64,000 nt of DNA from Camelus ferus. Its lineage: Eukaryota. Made by a program: the position numbers and the translations under genes. Below are positions 1-14,197 of the stretch, piece by piece. Where the stretch lies: contig NC_045707.1 in assembly GCF_009834535.1 (NCBI RefSeq), positions 53,260,001 to 53,324,000 on the forward strand, written 5' to 3'. The notes beneath the pieces are model-generated. The model was not told where the DNA came from. It did no database searches and saw nothing but the letters and a program-made list of their open reading frames with translations. How positions within the stretch are numbered: the stretch's first letter is position 1; each line of letters starts with the position of its first letter.

Positions 1-687
1 TGGGGAAGAAAGAAAACCATTTTTGCTGAAGGGCCCAGAAGGCAAGATTCTCAGACAAAGGTGTTTGAAGTCCAGACACCCCGGGAGACACGAGCACTAC
101 AGTACGGCCCGTAGGGCAGATCGAGGAGCCGGGGCGGCGGCGGGGGCTGAGTCCAGCGTTCTACCCGCCTCCCCACCGCGGCTTGCTGAGCGTGCCTCTG
201 GGAGGGGCTCAGGTGCATTTTTAGGGCGAGTTTTCCTCAGAGCAGCCAATTGTCTGACCGTCTCGGTCGGGCTCCTCTGAGATGCCACCCTCATCCTCTG
301 AGAGGCCCCTCCCAGGTTAACCTGCAGAGGAACACGCTGGGCAGGCTGGCCGTCACCTTCCTCCTGGAATCAGAGAGGAGACATGCAGCCAAGACCCTCT
401 TCCGTTGACCCAGTAAGCTCTGTGACCCGGTTAAATTGGTTTCACACTTGCATCCATCAGCGTCACAGGGCTGTCACCTGCAGGCACTCAAGAGAGCCCC
501 TCGGTTCTGAGAAGCTGCCTCTCTCTTCGCTGAGCTTTATGGGACACGGAAATTCATGGGGCTTTTAAATAGAGTCTCTGGATCACACTAGTGCAAAAAT
601 GTGCCAGGTTAAAAAAAAACCATCGGAACTTCAGCTTCTTGCTTTTCAGAGCTATTCTTCATTTGCTCAGAATAAACAGCAAAATTG

Positions 688-815
688 AGAGTGTGTGTAC
701 CTGTGTGACTGTGTGTGCGTAACTGCCTTGTGTAACCCTGTGTGCGAGTGTCTGTGTACACACACACGTGTGTAACTGCCTGTGTGCCAGTGTGCGCTGT
801 GTGACAGTATCTGTG
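688..815. repeat. Degenerate (TG)n low-complexity tract
   Basis: Interrupted gtgtgt runs with a recurring gtaactgcct unit. Confidence 0.8.
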
Positions 816-934
816 CAGCCACCAGCCGTGTGGCTCCCTGGCCCTTGAAGAACAGCTGGTCTGAGCTGGCATGTGCTGCAGGCACAAAGTAGGCACTGGG
901 TTTCAAAGACTAAGTGTGAAAGAAATGGTAAAAT

Positions 935-1033
935 ACCTCACTTGTTTTAAAATCAATCACCTGGTGAAATGATGTTTGGGTACACTGGGTTAAATAAGAC
1001 AGTGTCAAAATTAATTCCTTGTTTCTTTTTACC
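935..1033 (+). mobile_element. MER3/MER33-like fragment
   Basis: tgaaatgatgtttgggtacactgggttaaataa...aaaattaattccttgtttctttttac. Similar to 14905-14975. Confidence 0.6.
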
Positions 1034-4000
1034 ACAGTCTGTAGCTCACACCCCATTCCCCCCGGAAAGCACAGGTGTGACCCCCCCCCCCCACCTCAAA
1101 GCCCAGATTTCAGGGCCGTGGACCCAACGTCTTCCCTGTGGTCACCGAACGCCTGACTGGAATGTCATTTTGGGCCCAAAGAGTCCTTTGGACGCAACGC
1201 GCCTGTCTACAGCACTAGGAGGCATTAGCTCTGGGCTCTCGCGTTCAAGGCGCGTGCACAGCTGTGTGCGACCACGGGCCCCTCCCATGCCTGGGGTTTC
1301 CACCGGGTGTCTCGCGGGCCCCACGCCTGCCTTCGCCGGGGCCTGCACACTGGCTGTGGAGGAAGCTCCGTCTCCGTGGCCCAGCGGGGAGACTTGCAGA
1401 GAAGCTCTTCAGTGCGTGTCTGTGGGCATCTCTGTCCCGCGGCTCGGGCTGGGGAGGCAGCTCGGCCCCGGAGGCCTGGGGCTGCTTCTTCACGTGTGTG
1501 GGGGCCTGGCTCCCTGCTCCCAACCTGGACCCACATCGCTGACACTGGGGCCAAAGCCACCTCCGCCCCATTTTCATCTCTTGTCCGCCCTGAGCTGCAT
1601 CTTCCGGGGCCTCTCAGCCCAGCCTGGCACTTCCACACTGAGAGACTGGGCTCTGCCGGCTTTCCTGGTTCACTGTTACACTCCCCTCCTCCATCAAGGT
1701 CCCAAATAGTTGATCAAAATATTTATCTAAAAAGCAGGTTCTCTTCCCAGAGGGGAATTCTCCACTTCCTTATGCTGCCCCAAACCCACTGGTATTCGGC
1801 CGATACCAGAGCATTACACAACCAGCAGGGAAGTATGCGGAATGTTTGCTTTAGAATATTTTCTGCGTACTTTCTGGGCTCAAACCAGTATTTGGTCTAT
1901 CCACGTTAGAAATAATAACCCAAGAGGGAGAGGGGTCAGTTATATGAAAGACCGTGCTTTTCAAACTATAGCGAAAAAGCAGCAAGCTGCCTAGATCGCC
2001 AGCGTCCTGCTTTCATCATAATTGCTCAAAAAAACCTCATGTTCACGGTACTTTAAATTTTTTTTTTGTTTTTTGGTGGGGGCAACTGAAATTTCTGGGC
2101 GGCTCAAGAAGACAAACTTCGGGGAGAACTAGACAGTGTGGCTGGTGGGAGGCCCTGGTGCTGCCCGCCTGGTCACTCCCAGCGTTGGGGTCCCGCGGAG
2201 CGTGGACAGGATGAGGTCAGGATCCCATTGCTGGTTATGGGGTCGGGCTTGGGTCCCTGTCAAATAGGTGCTGGACAAATGGCCAATGATATGTAGACAC
2301 TGAAGGAAAGGATGAGTGTCTAATTCCTCTTGTTTCAGTTTTGAAATTTAACCACCGACGGCAAGCACAATATTGAAAAGTGATCGCCAAACACTGGTTT
2401 TCTGATGCACCAGGAATTCTCCAGCTTCCCAAGAAATGTCAGAAAGTCCTTCAAACTTAAGTTTCTGTTAATATAAACAAACACAGACCATACAATTTCT
2501 AGAAACAGGGGCTATCTTAGTGCTTTAAGCATGGGCTCAATATATTAAAATATTTTTCTTTTGGGAGATCACAGTTTTTCTGTTTTGGAGTAAGCTTTGA
2601 GTCAACATAGTCTGATTTTTCTGAAGCAGCAAACAAATTGATTCTTAATTCTAAATGCTCTCTGGGGCAAAAATGGCAAAACACAAAAATTCCCTCACAT
2701 GTTTGAGAGGCATCTCCGGTGCTCATCCAGTTCCTTGTGGTCTGTGCCCAAGAGCAGCGGAACGAGCTGGGTCCCCACCTCGCCCAGGTGTTGCCCTCTG
2801 GTTGCACCGGCAGGAGGGTGGGGGTCCGGCATCGCTGGTCAGTCCCCATGCCATGCAGCCACGATGGCCGGGGGCACCTGGTCCCACAGGCATCCTTCTC
2901 GCCTGGAAGAAAACGACTCCTGGGGGACGGTCTCGTTTCAGGCTTGTCGCACGTCCAAGGGAGCAAACAGGCTCAGCTTAGCTTTTTCAGCCAGAACAGG
3001 TTGTGCTGGGCCTCAACCCCAAGGCACCCACTCTGGGCTCTGGGGACATGGGCCATCCCGCCTCATGGGTTGCTCAGGCCAGGGTCCCTGCCCTTCTGGC
3101 CCAAGAGGTGCCACCATGTGGTACTGCTGCCCACTCCGGGGCATCCCACTTGGATTGCTGGGCTGAAACAAAACAGCCTCTCAGGTGCTGCTGTAGCTTC
3201 AGGCTAGAACAGAGCTTCCCAAGAGCGGCTGGAAACCCCAGGGCAGCCCATTTGCTGGAGGCCAGGCTGTACGCTGCCCCCCCCCCCAGGAGGCTCTGAG
3301 GCCCAGGGCCTCGGCTAGTCCCTGGGGCAGGGCCCCTCGCTTCTCTGTGAGGTCACACTAAGCACTGGCTGTGGTCACTGCCCGTCCTGCGGGTCTGCTG
3401 CTCCTGTGAAGGGCTGGGGGCTGACGGGCCGGCTGTTACAATTCCCCAGAGAGGGAAGCCCTGCTGTCTGCCATCCCAGCCGGCGGCCTCTCAGATGTAC
3501 CGCGGGCTTCAGTCAGTCCTTGGCTCAGGGGTTCCCATCTTCCCGCACTGTCCCCTCAATGCCCGGCTGTCCCCATCAGCGGCTCCTCCATGTCGTCCAG
3601 CAAGCAGCTCTCCCTGGCCTCCTTCATGTAGAAGGCTCTCCTGGCCCCAAAACCCACCGTCCTCTCTTCTTCTGACCCTTTGGATACTAGTTTACGTCTG
3701 TCTGTCATCTTCACAGCTGGAGCTCAGAGCCCCACACTTAGCAGACACTAAACCTTCCATCCCAATTACATCAGCGACGAGTAGGCGCTGATGGAGGCTC
3801 ATGACCGTGCAGGCTGTGGCTCTTCTGAGACAGAGACAATCCCCTTGATCTCAGATTGATTGAGCTCCTCATTCCAGGTCAGGGGATGGGCATCGGAGCC
3901 CCTGCCCCATGGGTGTGCCCAGCACCTTCCCCTTCTCAGGCTCCAGGTCGCACCCGGGAACCCACCTGGCAGACCCTCCCTATCGTGCCCCACGTGGCCC

Positions 4001-4189
4001 CGGTCCGGGCGAGTCTGGGTCACGCCAGCATCACCAGGGCAGACCCCTTCCCGCAGGTCCTCTGCCTCCTTTCCTGCCTCTGCTCTTAAGTGAGTCGATC
4101 TGTTACCAAACTTCAAAAGGCAGGAGGTGCCGTCCCTCCCTCCCAGGGGCCCGGGAGCTGACGCAGGGTTCCCAGTCCCTGCCTCATGT

Positions 4190-4800
4190 CTTTTCTTAAT
4201 TGAAGAACGATTTGCATAAAACAGAACACACAGGCCTTCAGAGCTCAGCTGGATGAGTTTGGATAAACACTTGCGTCAGTTCCAGGAGCCCCCGCACCCC
4301 TTGCGGGACCCCCCAGGGCCTCCATTTCTACCACCAGAGCCCAGCTTCACTTACTCTAAAATGTCATCCACGTGGGGCACGCACGTGTTGTGTGTTTCAG
4401 TGGTTCTTTTATGGCTAGGCAGGGCTCGGTCAGACGGACGCAGCCCTGTCTGGCGTTCACCTCCGGGCTCCTTCTGGCTGTTTGTGGCTACAAACACCCT
4501 TCATTAGACTTTGTCTTGTTGGCTAAACGGGCGAACGGCTGGTGCTTAGAGCACAGGCATGTTTGTCAGAATAGGATGCGGCTGAGCCGGTTTCCGAAGC
4601 ACCACGCGGTCCCCGCGGACGCCATCTCCCAAGGTCAGCGCATCCCTGGTGCGGAGCCGCGTCTCGTAGGGGTTTCCGTCTGCATCCCCGTGATGGCCGA
4701 GGACACCGAGCACCTTCCTGTGCTCGTTCACATGCACGTATTTCCTCCTGTGTGAAGTGTCTGTTCGAGTCTTTGCCGTTTTTGAGAACTGGTGACTAAA
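4190..4800 (-). mobile_element. Old L1 (L1MC/MD-like) 3' fragment, GC-shifted
   Basis: ttttcttaattgaag...gatgagtttggataaacac, and gtctgcatccccgtgatggccgaggacaccgagcaccttcctgtg...tcctgtgtgaagtgtctgttcgagtctttgcc, which is a GC-rich version of antisense L1 'atttgcatttccctgatgactaatgatgttgagcatcttttcatgtgc'. Confidence 0.7.
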
Positions 4801-7800
4801 TTTTGTACTGAGGAGTCACCGGCAGGTGGTGGTGTACTGGTCAGGGGTGCACAGACAGTGACTCGATACTTGTAAGTCCTAGGCAGGGACCCCCGTGTCC
4901 AGGCCCCACCCACCCCCCGTGTCACCATCTCGTCACTGAGGTGAGGACAGGTCTTAGAGGAGCCACGTATTGCCAGTATGTCTTCCAGTGTGCGCCTGTC
5001 CTGTGTCCCTTGGTGCCTCTGCAGCCTTGTCCTGGTCCCGTGACAGCTCTGGAGTCCCCTGTCACATCTGTTTACTTCTTGCTCACAGCTCACTCAGTGG
5101 CAGATCCCTGAGGTTGGGCCGAGGCCTCTGCCCTTTATTCCATCTCCTCACCCGGGGTGGAGTCCGGAGCAGCCTCCTGGTTGACCGAAGGCTCTGTGGC
5201 TGCCGGGCTGGCCAGCTCTGCACCAGGTGGCAGGTCTGGGCCTCTGCTGCTGTTAGAAGCTCTCTCTCCTTGGTTAAGCACACGTTAAGATACTGGGTTC
5301 TCAGAACAATTTGTTCTTTTGGCCCCTGAGCCCCGCGAAAGCCAGGGCCCCCCTCCCTGGTCTCCTCACGCCCAGTATGCAGTAGGTGCTCATTGTCCTT
5401 CCTGGACCAGATGCACCTCCCTCCCTCAGAGCCTCCTCCCAGTGCCCTCGCGTCCTGAGCAGCGATGGCCAAGGGCCAATTCTCCTCACAAGCCACGTGC
5501 CCACGCCTCCCAGCCCCACACGGACACTGGCTCCTCCAGGGTCACTGGTCCCGTGGGTGTGCCCTCCTGCCCCCATCTGCCCGGCTGCCCTGTGCATCTC
5601 CAGCCTCCCTCCTGGCCCATCTGGGTCCCTGAGAGCTTTTACAGGAGGGTGACGTCATGTTTACTGCGTGCGCACAGGGCGAGGAGAGCCTGTGCTGTGC
5701 CACGGAAGGGGACGATTTTCTGCCCAGATTAAACCCAAGACACTTTGGGCTCCGCAGGCTTAGGGGTCGTGGGTGATGACCCTGAGTGCGCCAGGATGGA
5801 AGGCAGGAGACTCGTCCTGCCCATGGACCCACAGTGCCCCAGGCAGGAGGGGGTGAGGGTGGGGGCTCGGCCACAGAGAGTCCACCCGCGCCGGGAGGCT
5901 GACCAGCTCCAGCGCAGCCCCTTGCTGTGACAAATGACCCCATCTGTCCTTTGGTGGTTCAGCCCCCGTGGAGAGGGTGTGGCTTAACAGAGGCCAGGCC
6001 GTACCGTGCAGCCCACGCCTGATGGCCGGGCATCCTGTCGGCAGGACTAGAACCGCTCCAGAGCCTGGGCAAGGGCAGTCTCAGCTCCAAGCCCCTGGCC
6101 AGGGAAGGAAGGAGGTACCCGGGGGTTGGGGGTGGCGGAGGAATTCTGCTGCCCCCCAGCCTGGCCGTCAGGGCTGATCCGGGTCCCCGACTCCCATGTG
6201 ATGAGACCCCGGTTCCCACCTGGAGTTAAACGTGTCTTCCTGAGGCAGGCTGAGCAAACCCTCCTGACGTTTTGCAGCTACAGCTGAAATAAACGAGAGT
6301 CTGACACACATGAACACGTGAAGCTGGAAGTGTAGGAGTCTTGGGACTGAGCGGCAGGTAACGGCTCCTGGGGTCCAGTCCACAGGCTGGATGTGCCTTT
6401 GGAACAAGCCCTGGGTGGCTTTGTCCTCCTACCAGATGGGAGTTCCCACAATAGAGAACAGGGATGGATCGGCAGGGTGATGGATAGACAGACGGACAGA
6501 CAGACAGAGCTGCCCTACCCCTCCTCCCAGCCACGCTTGCAAGCCGGCTTCCCGCTCACCCTTGCTTGCCTCTTGTAGCCTTTTGAGAACCTTGTGAACA
6601 GACCAGACTCATTTTTCCAAATTATAAGGATCTAATGAAACCAGTCTTAGTGCCAGGAAGAGACGGAGCTGGGCTTCGCGGATGGGGGACAAGCCACCAA
6701 TTCCAGACGATCCATCAGAGATCTGGGCCTCAGTTTCCCCTGGGTCCACGAGGTGGTGGTTCTCCTTTGGGGCCTGGAGCCGGAATTTCTAGGGTGCTGG
6801 CTGTTTCCCTGGTTCCAGCAATGGAAGATGGAACTCACTCAGGGCAGAGGGCAGAGACGGTGCCCTCCCCAGAGCCTGAGAGGAGGCACGTGGGGTGTGT
6901 GAGAGCCTTGAGTGCGTCTGAGTGCGAGTGGGTACTCTTACACACATGCACACACACGAGGACCCCCTACAGCAGCCTTTCTGGGACCCTAGAGATGGTC
7001 GTGAGGTCACATGTGAGAGAAGATCTGCGTCACCGCACGTGTCACTGCTGGTCTCGCTCCCATAAGGCCACATCCTCACCTGCCAGGTGTGCGTTGTCCC
7101 CTCAGGGGTCTACACGCACGCAGCCTCAGCCCCACTGGGCCCAGCGGGAAAGAGTGGGCCTGGGGTGTGCACTGAAGCCTTTCAGCTCACTTACGTGAAA
7201 CGATTTTTCGAATTACCTATTGTCATGGCTGATAAGTGCAAAATAACTTTTCAAATCCCTTAATTCACAGAAACTCTGGACATAATGAATTTTCTACTAA
7301 GGACTATTATGTGGGGGGGGGGGTTACAATTTGGGGCACTGAAAGCAGTTAATCTACATTCTCAACATGTGGTGACCAATGTCCCCTGCAAGCCCACAGT
7401 TTAAAGTTCGAGGAGCTTGGCCCGTGTTCCTCCAGTGGATTTGAACATGGCGGGTCAGACGGGGCGCACATCCTGGGGGCCTTGACCGTGGTCCCAAGCC
7501 AGCCCTCCTCCTCTGGCCCCAGGGGCCCAGCCCACCATCTCCCAGGAGGAGGGGGCCGGCAGGGGCCTGGCTCTGGGTCCGCACTTTCCTTCCCCAGAGG
7601 ATGGGGCAGAGCTCCTAACACAGACCACCTGCGAAAATGGATTCAGCTCTCCCTCCCCACCCTGACCACACCGAGGCCTTCCCCTGGGACAGCAGAACAT
7701 CCAGCATCAGGGGTGGGGAGGGGAGTGTGTGCGGGGAGGAGATGGGTCCTGGCCCCTTAAACTAGACGCATCAGAAGTGTCCTCTTGCCTGCACACAGCA

Positions 7801-9071
7801 GGGCCACCATCCTGACATAGGCTGAATTTCCACATGTGTTTGCACCCAGCTCAAAACAGAAGGCTTCCACCACAGTCACCCCAACGCCTGCCCACAACCC
7901 TGCTCAGATGGAGGTTCCAACCCACTCACAGACAGGCCACCATGGCTGGAGAAGGCAGGACCCTGGCCCAGGACAGCCTCTGAGCCCTGGCCAGCACTGC
8001 CCCCTCTCGGGTGACTGAGCTCAGGGCTCGGCGGCACGGCATCCCGGAGACGGAAGCCTTCAGATGGGATCAGGCTGGGGTGCTGGGGGGTCCTTGAGGG
8101 GGAAGCTGGCAGCCTCTGTGTGGGGCCTCAGGGCGACCACCTGTGCAGACAGAGCTCTCCCACAGCCCACCGCCCACGCTACCCTGCCAGTGTCTCCCCG
8201 CCCCATCCACCTGCCGGGCTGAGCGGCCCCCACCACTCTGCCAAGCAGAGAGAAGGCTGCCCGCCTGGGGCTGGACTGTCACACCCCTCCCTGTGCTTGT
8301 GGGGCCTGGAGGTCTTCCAGCTGCGCTTGTACCCCCCAGGGCCGGAGGAGGAGAGCGAGCCACCCACTCCCCTGGCTTCTGATCCTGCCTCCAATTACTT
8401 CCTGGCTCCCCATCAGCGACTGCCCAGTACCTGGGTCTTCCTTTCCCTGCTCGGTGCCCAGGGCCACGAACACCAGAACACGGCCTTTGCTGTGGCCTCT
8501 CCAGTTAGGAAACGTGCCTGGGAGGGAAATGTCGCAGAGGCGCCCCCATCACAGCTGGCCCTCTGGGAACACCGGCCAGCTGCACCCCATGCACACAGAG
8601 AACTCCCGGGGGCAGTAGAGGGGGGAACTTGCCCAACAGTGAGGCGAAGAATTGGCTCATGAACAAACAGCCTGAACTTTCCTCCGGCACCTGAGTACAC
8701 ACGGGGTACATGTACCCCACACACACAGCAGGCTTCAGACTTCCCTTCTCAGATGAAGGCAGTGCTTTCTTATGACAAATCCTGCCTCCTTAGTGGCTTG
8801 GGTCAGGCAAGCTGGCTGACGGGGTAGTGTAAGTAACGGAAGAGTCAGCTCCGTGCCTTTAACAAATGGAATTTTCTTCTCACCAAACATTAAGCTGAGG
8901 CTTTGTTTCAGGGGTTCAGTGATAACTGTCAACGGCAATTCTTCTGGTCTTATGCTCATTGCTGCATGGCTACAGAATGGCTGCGCCAGCTCCAGCCACT
9001 GTATCCATTCAAGGTGGTTGAGTTGGTTTCTGGCTGTGCCCTACTGGGCTCCTGAGAGAAAAGAAACGTGT

Positions 9072-9250
9072 TCTTGTTCTAAGTGCCAAGCACTGTGTTT
9101 ACAAGGGTCATCTCATTCACTCCTATGGAAGTTCCATAAGGTAGAATTAATGTTGCCCCCACTCTAGACACAAAGAAACTGAAGCTTAGAGACACTAGGA
9201 GCTGGTAAGTGGCAGAGTGTGGACTGAGCCCAGTCCTCTCAATGCAGCCT
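9072..9250 (-). mobile_element. MIR SINE
   Basis: gtgccaagcactgtg...atctcattcactcct...ccccactctagacacaaagaaactgaagcttagaga...agctggtaagtggcagag. Confidence 0.7.
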
Positions 9251-11187
9251 TTATCTTCAACGCTAGGTAGGAGGTTAACTGTGCTTTAATGGAAACACGG
9301 AGCAAGTGTTACAGGAAAAGTGGAAGCCCTTTCTGGCTGGAGGAAGGAGTGGGGAGCTGGGAGTGAGGGTCGAGCATGACAGGCCCCGGGGAGGAGGGGC
9401 CGTGTCCCATCCCCACCTGGCTTCCTCCACCTCCTGCCCAGGACAGTGACTTGACAGCCCTCACATCTCTAGCCATAAGGAATCCTTCCCCCCTGGGGCC
9501 TCTCACCGCTGGGGGAGATGAGACCATCCACTCGGCATCGCAGCTGAGTCCGTCCTGGCTCAGCCTGGACACTGGAGCCCCTGACACAGCAGGAGGATCA
9601 CAGGCCAGAGCGCTGAGCCTGGAGAGAGACACACCGGCTCAGTTTTCCAAACGCAGAAAGACAGAAATTATACGAGCTGTGACCTCTCGAGTGAGTCAAT
9701 TTTCATCAAAATTCTGGAGCAGAGTTTTAAAATAAACCAATTTTCTTTTCTAAGCACAACCTTCTGGGGTGTTAGATGTCTGTGGGGTTGATTTAATGGA
9801 TGAATGTCCCCACAGAACCAGGGTTGCTCGCATGGGGGCTCTGTCTTGACCCAGTTCTGTTTAAACACTTGTAAGTCAATAATTTTAGGGAAGACATAGA
9901 CAAGGTGCCTTAGAAATTACAGAGCACTCAAATCTGGTAGGGTTTGCTTTCGAGCTGAATATGAAGTAAAATTTCAAAAGATCTAGAAGACAGGCGCCTT
10001 GAGGCTTAAATATATAAAGTGGAATCTGACAGGATTCATGGAACGTCTGCACCTTAAACGATAAGATGGAGCTGAGCTGTGCACAGGCCCACGAGTCCTG
10101 TCCATCATGCGGCTGTGTCAAGGGGCAGAGCCTACCACGAACCACAGGAGCACAGGCTTCCCCAGCGTCCCGCACGGTCAGGGGGCATCCGGTTGAATGC
10201 GTTCTCCGTCCCAAGAGCTCTGGGACATCCCGTTCCCCGGCTCCTGGGCTGACCGGGCCCTTCACAAGCTCCCTCTAAGTCACCCTTTCTCGATTTAACA
10301 TTCACTCGCTTGCTGTAGACCTTTGATCATTCTCCACAGTTGCAACAATATTGATCCTCAGTTTTCGCTCATTTTTTCATGTTTCTGGAGCAGGGTATGA
10401 GCCCTGGTTCCTCCCCAGCCAGCCCACATCGGCTGTGTCACGACAGCCTGCATGTCAGGGACCGGCTGGGCGTGAGTGAGCTGGTGGACGGCCGGGCCCT
10501 CGGGGTACTTGGCCTGGAAAGAGGAAGCCAACCGGAGATGTGTCAGCTGTCCAAATATCGTGTTGGCCCGACCTCGCGTAGTCCAGAGAGAAACACAAGG
10601 AGCCCTGGGAGATTGTAGACACCAGTATCCTGTGCAGAGGGAGGTGCCCCAGAACCAAGCCGGGAGGGTCTGAGCAGCTGTCCAGGGTTCCCGCACGCAG
10701 GGCTGGGGTGAGAGAGCGAGGAGCTCCATCCAGAGACGCAGTCTCTCTGGTCCTCCATCCCAGATTCCATCACCAGCTGTTGGAGACCGGTCAGTCCACC
10801 CCTCTCCTCCCCCAGCTCCCATGTGGTGGCCAGAGCTGCGCTCCAGCGCCCCCGCTGCCTCCCGGCTCCGGCATGAGGGGGCCGGCTCTCTAACTCAAAT
10901 CTGATCGTGTCTTTTTCCTGCTGACCAAACACACCGGTTCCTCCTGCCCATGGATGTGTCCCAGTTCTTCAGGGGAGACCCCAGCCACCTTTTCAGACCC
11001 AGGTCTTATGTGTCCCACCCCTGCCCTACTGCCCCCATCATGCTGTGGTGGGGGCCTGGGATGGAGGGAGCTGTGGCTGGGACTCCCAGATGCACCAGGA
11101 GGTGACTTTGGAGCTGAGTCTTAAAGGAAGGAGGGTCTGGTGACAAGGGGGATCCCTGCTCTTCCCTCTGGAACCCAATGTCAACCA

Positions 11188-11275
11188 TGGGATGCTGGCC
11201 ACATCTGGAGATGCTCTGGGTAGTGGTAACTGGGGGTGGGGGCTACCAGCACCTGGCAGGGGAGGTAGGGTGCAT
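11188..11275 (+). mobile_element. MER20-like fragment
   Basis: ggccacatctggagatgctctgggtagtggtaactgggggtgggggctaccagcacctgg. Confidence 0.45.
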
Positions 11276-11594
11276 AGGAGGGTGCCCTGGGCATTACCTG
11301 CAGAGACAGGTGCTCACGTGGAGAACAGAGGCCCCTCAAGGGCAGAGTAACTTTCCCACGTGGTCACTGTCACTTCTCCAGTGCCCAGAACAGGATTCAA
11401 CATGAGATCTCCGTGAATGTTGAACCAGCAGGCTTGGGCACATACTCAGCACTTGGTAAATAATCGGTACCATTATTATGATTTCTTGTGGGCTTGTGCG
11501 GTTTCCGTGCCTAAGGCCTCCGCCTGTCTCCTGGGCGGGGTGTGGAGAGGGCAGGTGCTGGTCTTGGAGCCCAGGGGCCCCGTCTGGGCCCAGC

Positions 11595-11765
11595 TCGGCC
11601 GTAGTTGCTGTGTGTCTCCAAGCAAGTCCCTTCACCTCTCTGAGATTCCACCTCCTCATTCATTGGGTGGAATAAAATTTGTTTTTCTTTTTATCTGTCA
11701 AACTGATGGGCTGAGCAGATATGACCATGTGTCAAAGTGCCTGTAAGCACCGAGCACCTTTCCAT
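11595..11765 (+). mobile_element. MIR SINE
   Basis: gctgtgtgtctccaagcaagtcccttcacctctctgag...cctcattc...atgtgtcaaagtgcct. Confidence 0.55.
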
Positions 11766-12526
11766 TACTGTCATCACGTGCTGCCTCCCGCAGACGGAAA
11801 CGCTGACATTGCCACGGCGGCACCGCACAGTGGGGGGTCCGCTATCAGTATCTTCCTGCCCATGAGGCCCTCCCTCCTTGGACAGGAGTCTTGAGAGAGT
11901 AAAGAGGCAGATGGCCTTTAAACCATATCACACAGGTCATGAATCGCTCACTGACCAGCTTCTTATTTAAAATTCAGACAGTATGCTCAAAATAGCACTA
12001 GTAAATTTCCTGTCTTGAGTCATTTTTCTCAGGCATACAGCAAGGGAAAACAACGAAAGACCAATAAAACAAAGACTGCAAACTGTAAGGTGGGGATTGT
12101 TTGTCCAGGGCCTGGACCTCCAGCTGTCACCAAAACCACCTTGGGCGCAAGGAACCCAGATGTTTGATTTGGACACACGTCTCGCAGAGGGAGGGCATCT
12201 TCTTGGGAACAAAGCATCAGAGGCGGCGGCGGAGGCGCCCACACGCAGTGATCTGCAAACCCGTGCTGGGAGGGCAGCTCCCAGCTCGCCCCGGAGCACA
12301 GCGCCCGCTGGCCGTGGAAGCCCTGCAGCATCAAAGCGGAGAGGCCGGCCGCCCCCGGGGCAACTCGCTCCTGCTGAGCCGGGGGCGCAGCCCCACCCTC
12401 TGCTCAGCAGGGATTAAACCTGAAAGAGTGTTGGAAATGTGATGAGCGTAAATACCATCTGCCTGGCAACACCGTTCACATCTTTTCTTCTCCTTCTGGG
12501 AGTCACGTTCTCTCCCTGAATCTCAG

Positions 12527-12690
12527 TTCATTACTCATCCAACAATTATTTATTGGATTCTTGCTGCTGCTGGGCAGTGTTCTAAGTCTTGAGAATCTCC
12601 TGGAAAATGAGCGACAACTGCCTGTCCTCACAAAGCTTATAACATAGAGACAAGGAGTGGACAGACCAGATAATCAGCAGTGTAATTCAA
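12527..12690 (-). mobile_element. L2 3' end
   Basis: ttcattactcatccaacaattatttattg...ggcagtgttctaag...cctgtcctcacaaagcttataacatag. Confidence 0.6.
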
Positions 12691-12704
12691 GAATGCCGTG
12701 GTGC

Positions 12705-14197
12705 TAACACTGTGAAATGTCCACACTCTCCAAGGCAATCAACACATTCAATGCCGTCCCTATCGAGATTCCAATGGCGTATTTCACAGAAATAGAACAA
12801 ACAATCCTAAAATGTGTATAGAACCACAAAAGAACTCAAATAGCCAAAGCAAAGAAAGAACAAAGCTGGAGGCATCATGTGCCCTGATTACAAACCATCA
12901 GAGCAGCTTGGTTCTGGCCCAAAACAGACACAGCAATGCAACAGAATCAAGAGCTCAGAAATAACCACACAGAAAAATTAACTCAAAAAGGACTGAAGAC
13001 TTGAATGTAAGATGTGAAACCACAAAGCTCCAAGAAAAAATAGGCAGCAAGCTCTTTGACATCACTCTTGGTGATGATTTTTTGGACTTGACATCAAAAG
13101 AACAAGCAACAAAAACAAAAAATAAATGAGTGGGATGACATCAAACTAAAAACTTCTGCACAGCAAAGGAAACCACCAACAAAATAAGGCAACTTACCTA
13201 ATTGGAGAAAAAATGCATATAAATGGGCAGAGGATCTGAATAGGCATTTTTCCAAAGAAGGCATCCAGCTGGCCAACAGGCACATGAAAAGACGTTCCAC
13301 ATCACAGGGCCTGATCTCAGGGAAATGCAAATCACAGCCCCAGTGAGGCACCACCTCACGCTTGTCAGAAGGGCTGTCATCAAACAGACAAGAAATAACA
13401 AGTGCTGGTGAGGACGTGGAGAGAAGGGAGCCCCGGTGCCCTGCTGGTGGGAATGTAGACTGGTGCAGCCACTGTGGGAAACAGAATGGAGGTTCCTCGA
13501 CAATTAAAAATAGAGCTACCACATGATCCAGCAATCCCACTTCTGGGTATTTATCTGAAGAAAATGAGAACACTAACTTGAAAAGATGTTTGCACCCCCA
13601 TGTTCACTGCAGCACTATTTACAATAGTTGAGACATGGAAACAATCTAAGTGTCCATCAGTGGAGGAATGGATAAAGAAGATGTGGTAGATATATATAAA
13701 ATGGAGTACTATTCAGCCATGAAAAGGAAGGAATCTTGCCATTTGTGACAACATGGATGGTCTAGTGGATATTACACTAAGTGAAATTAAGTCAGACAAA
13801 GAAAAATACTATATGATCTCACTTATATATGGCATCGTTAAAAGTCTAAAAAAATGAGCTCATAGATACAGAGAACAGATTGGTGGTTGCCAGAGGCAGG
13901 GAGTAAGGGGTGGGAGAAATGGGTGAAGATGGTCAAAATGTACAAACTTAAAGTTATAACATATAAGTCACAGGGATGTGAGGCACAGCGTGGTGATCAT
14001 AGTTAATAATGCTGTATTACATATTTAAATGCTGCTGAGAGTAGATCTTAAAAGTTCTCATCACAAGAACCAAACTTGTAACTCTGTGTGGTCACAGACG
14101 TTGACCAGACTTACTGTGATCATTTCAAATGTATACAAATATCACTACTTTGTACACCTGAAACTAATGTAATATGTCAGTTACATCTCAAAAACAA
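12705..14197 (+). mobile_element. LINE-1 3' fragment (ORF2 C-terminus plus 3'UTR, L1MA9-like), 5'-truncated, with internal deletions
   Basis: Typical L1 motifs: gatccagcaatcccacttctgggtatttatc, tgttcactgcagcactatttacaatag, aaatggagtactattcagccatgaaaagg, and a 3'UTR ending gtacacctgaaactaat...atctcaaaaacaaa. Confidence 0.93.

Noticed and set aside
969..1909. 246-aa and 200-aa ORFs
   Set aside because: No recognisable domain, the first begins inside a MER fragment, and such ORFs are expected from stop-codon scarcity at high GC.
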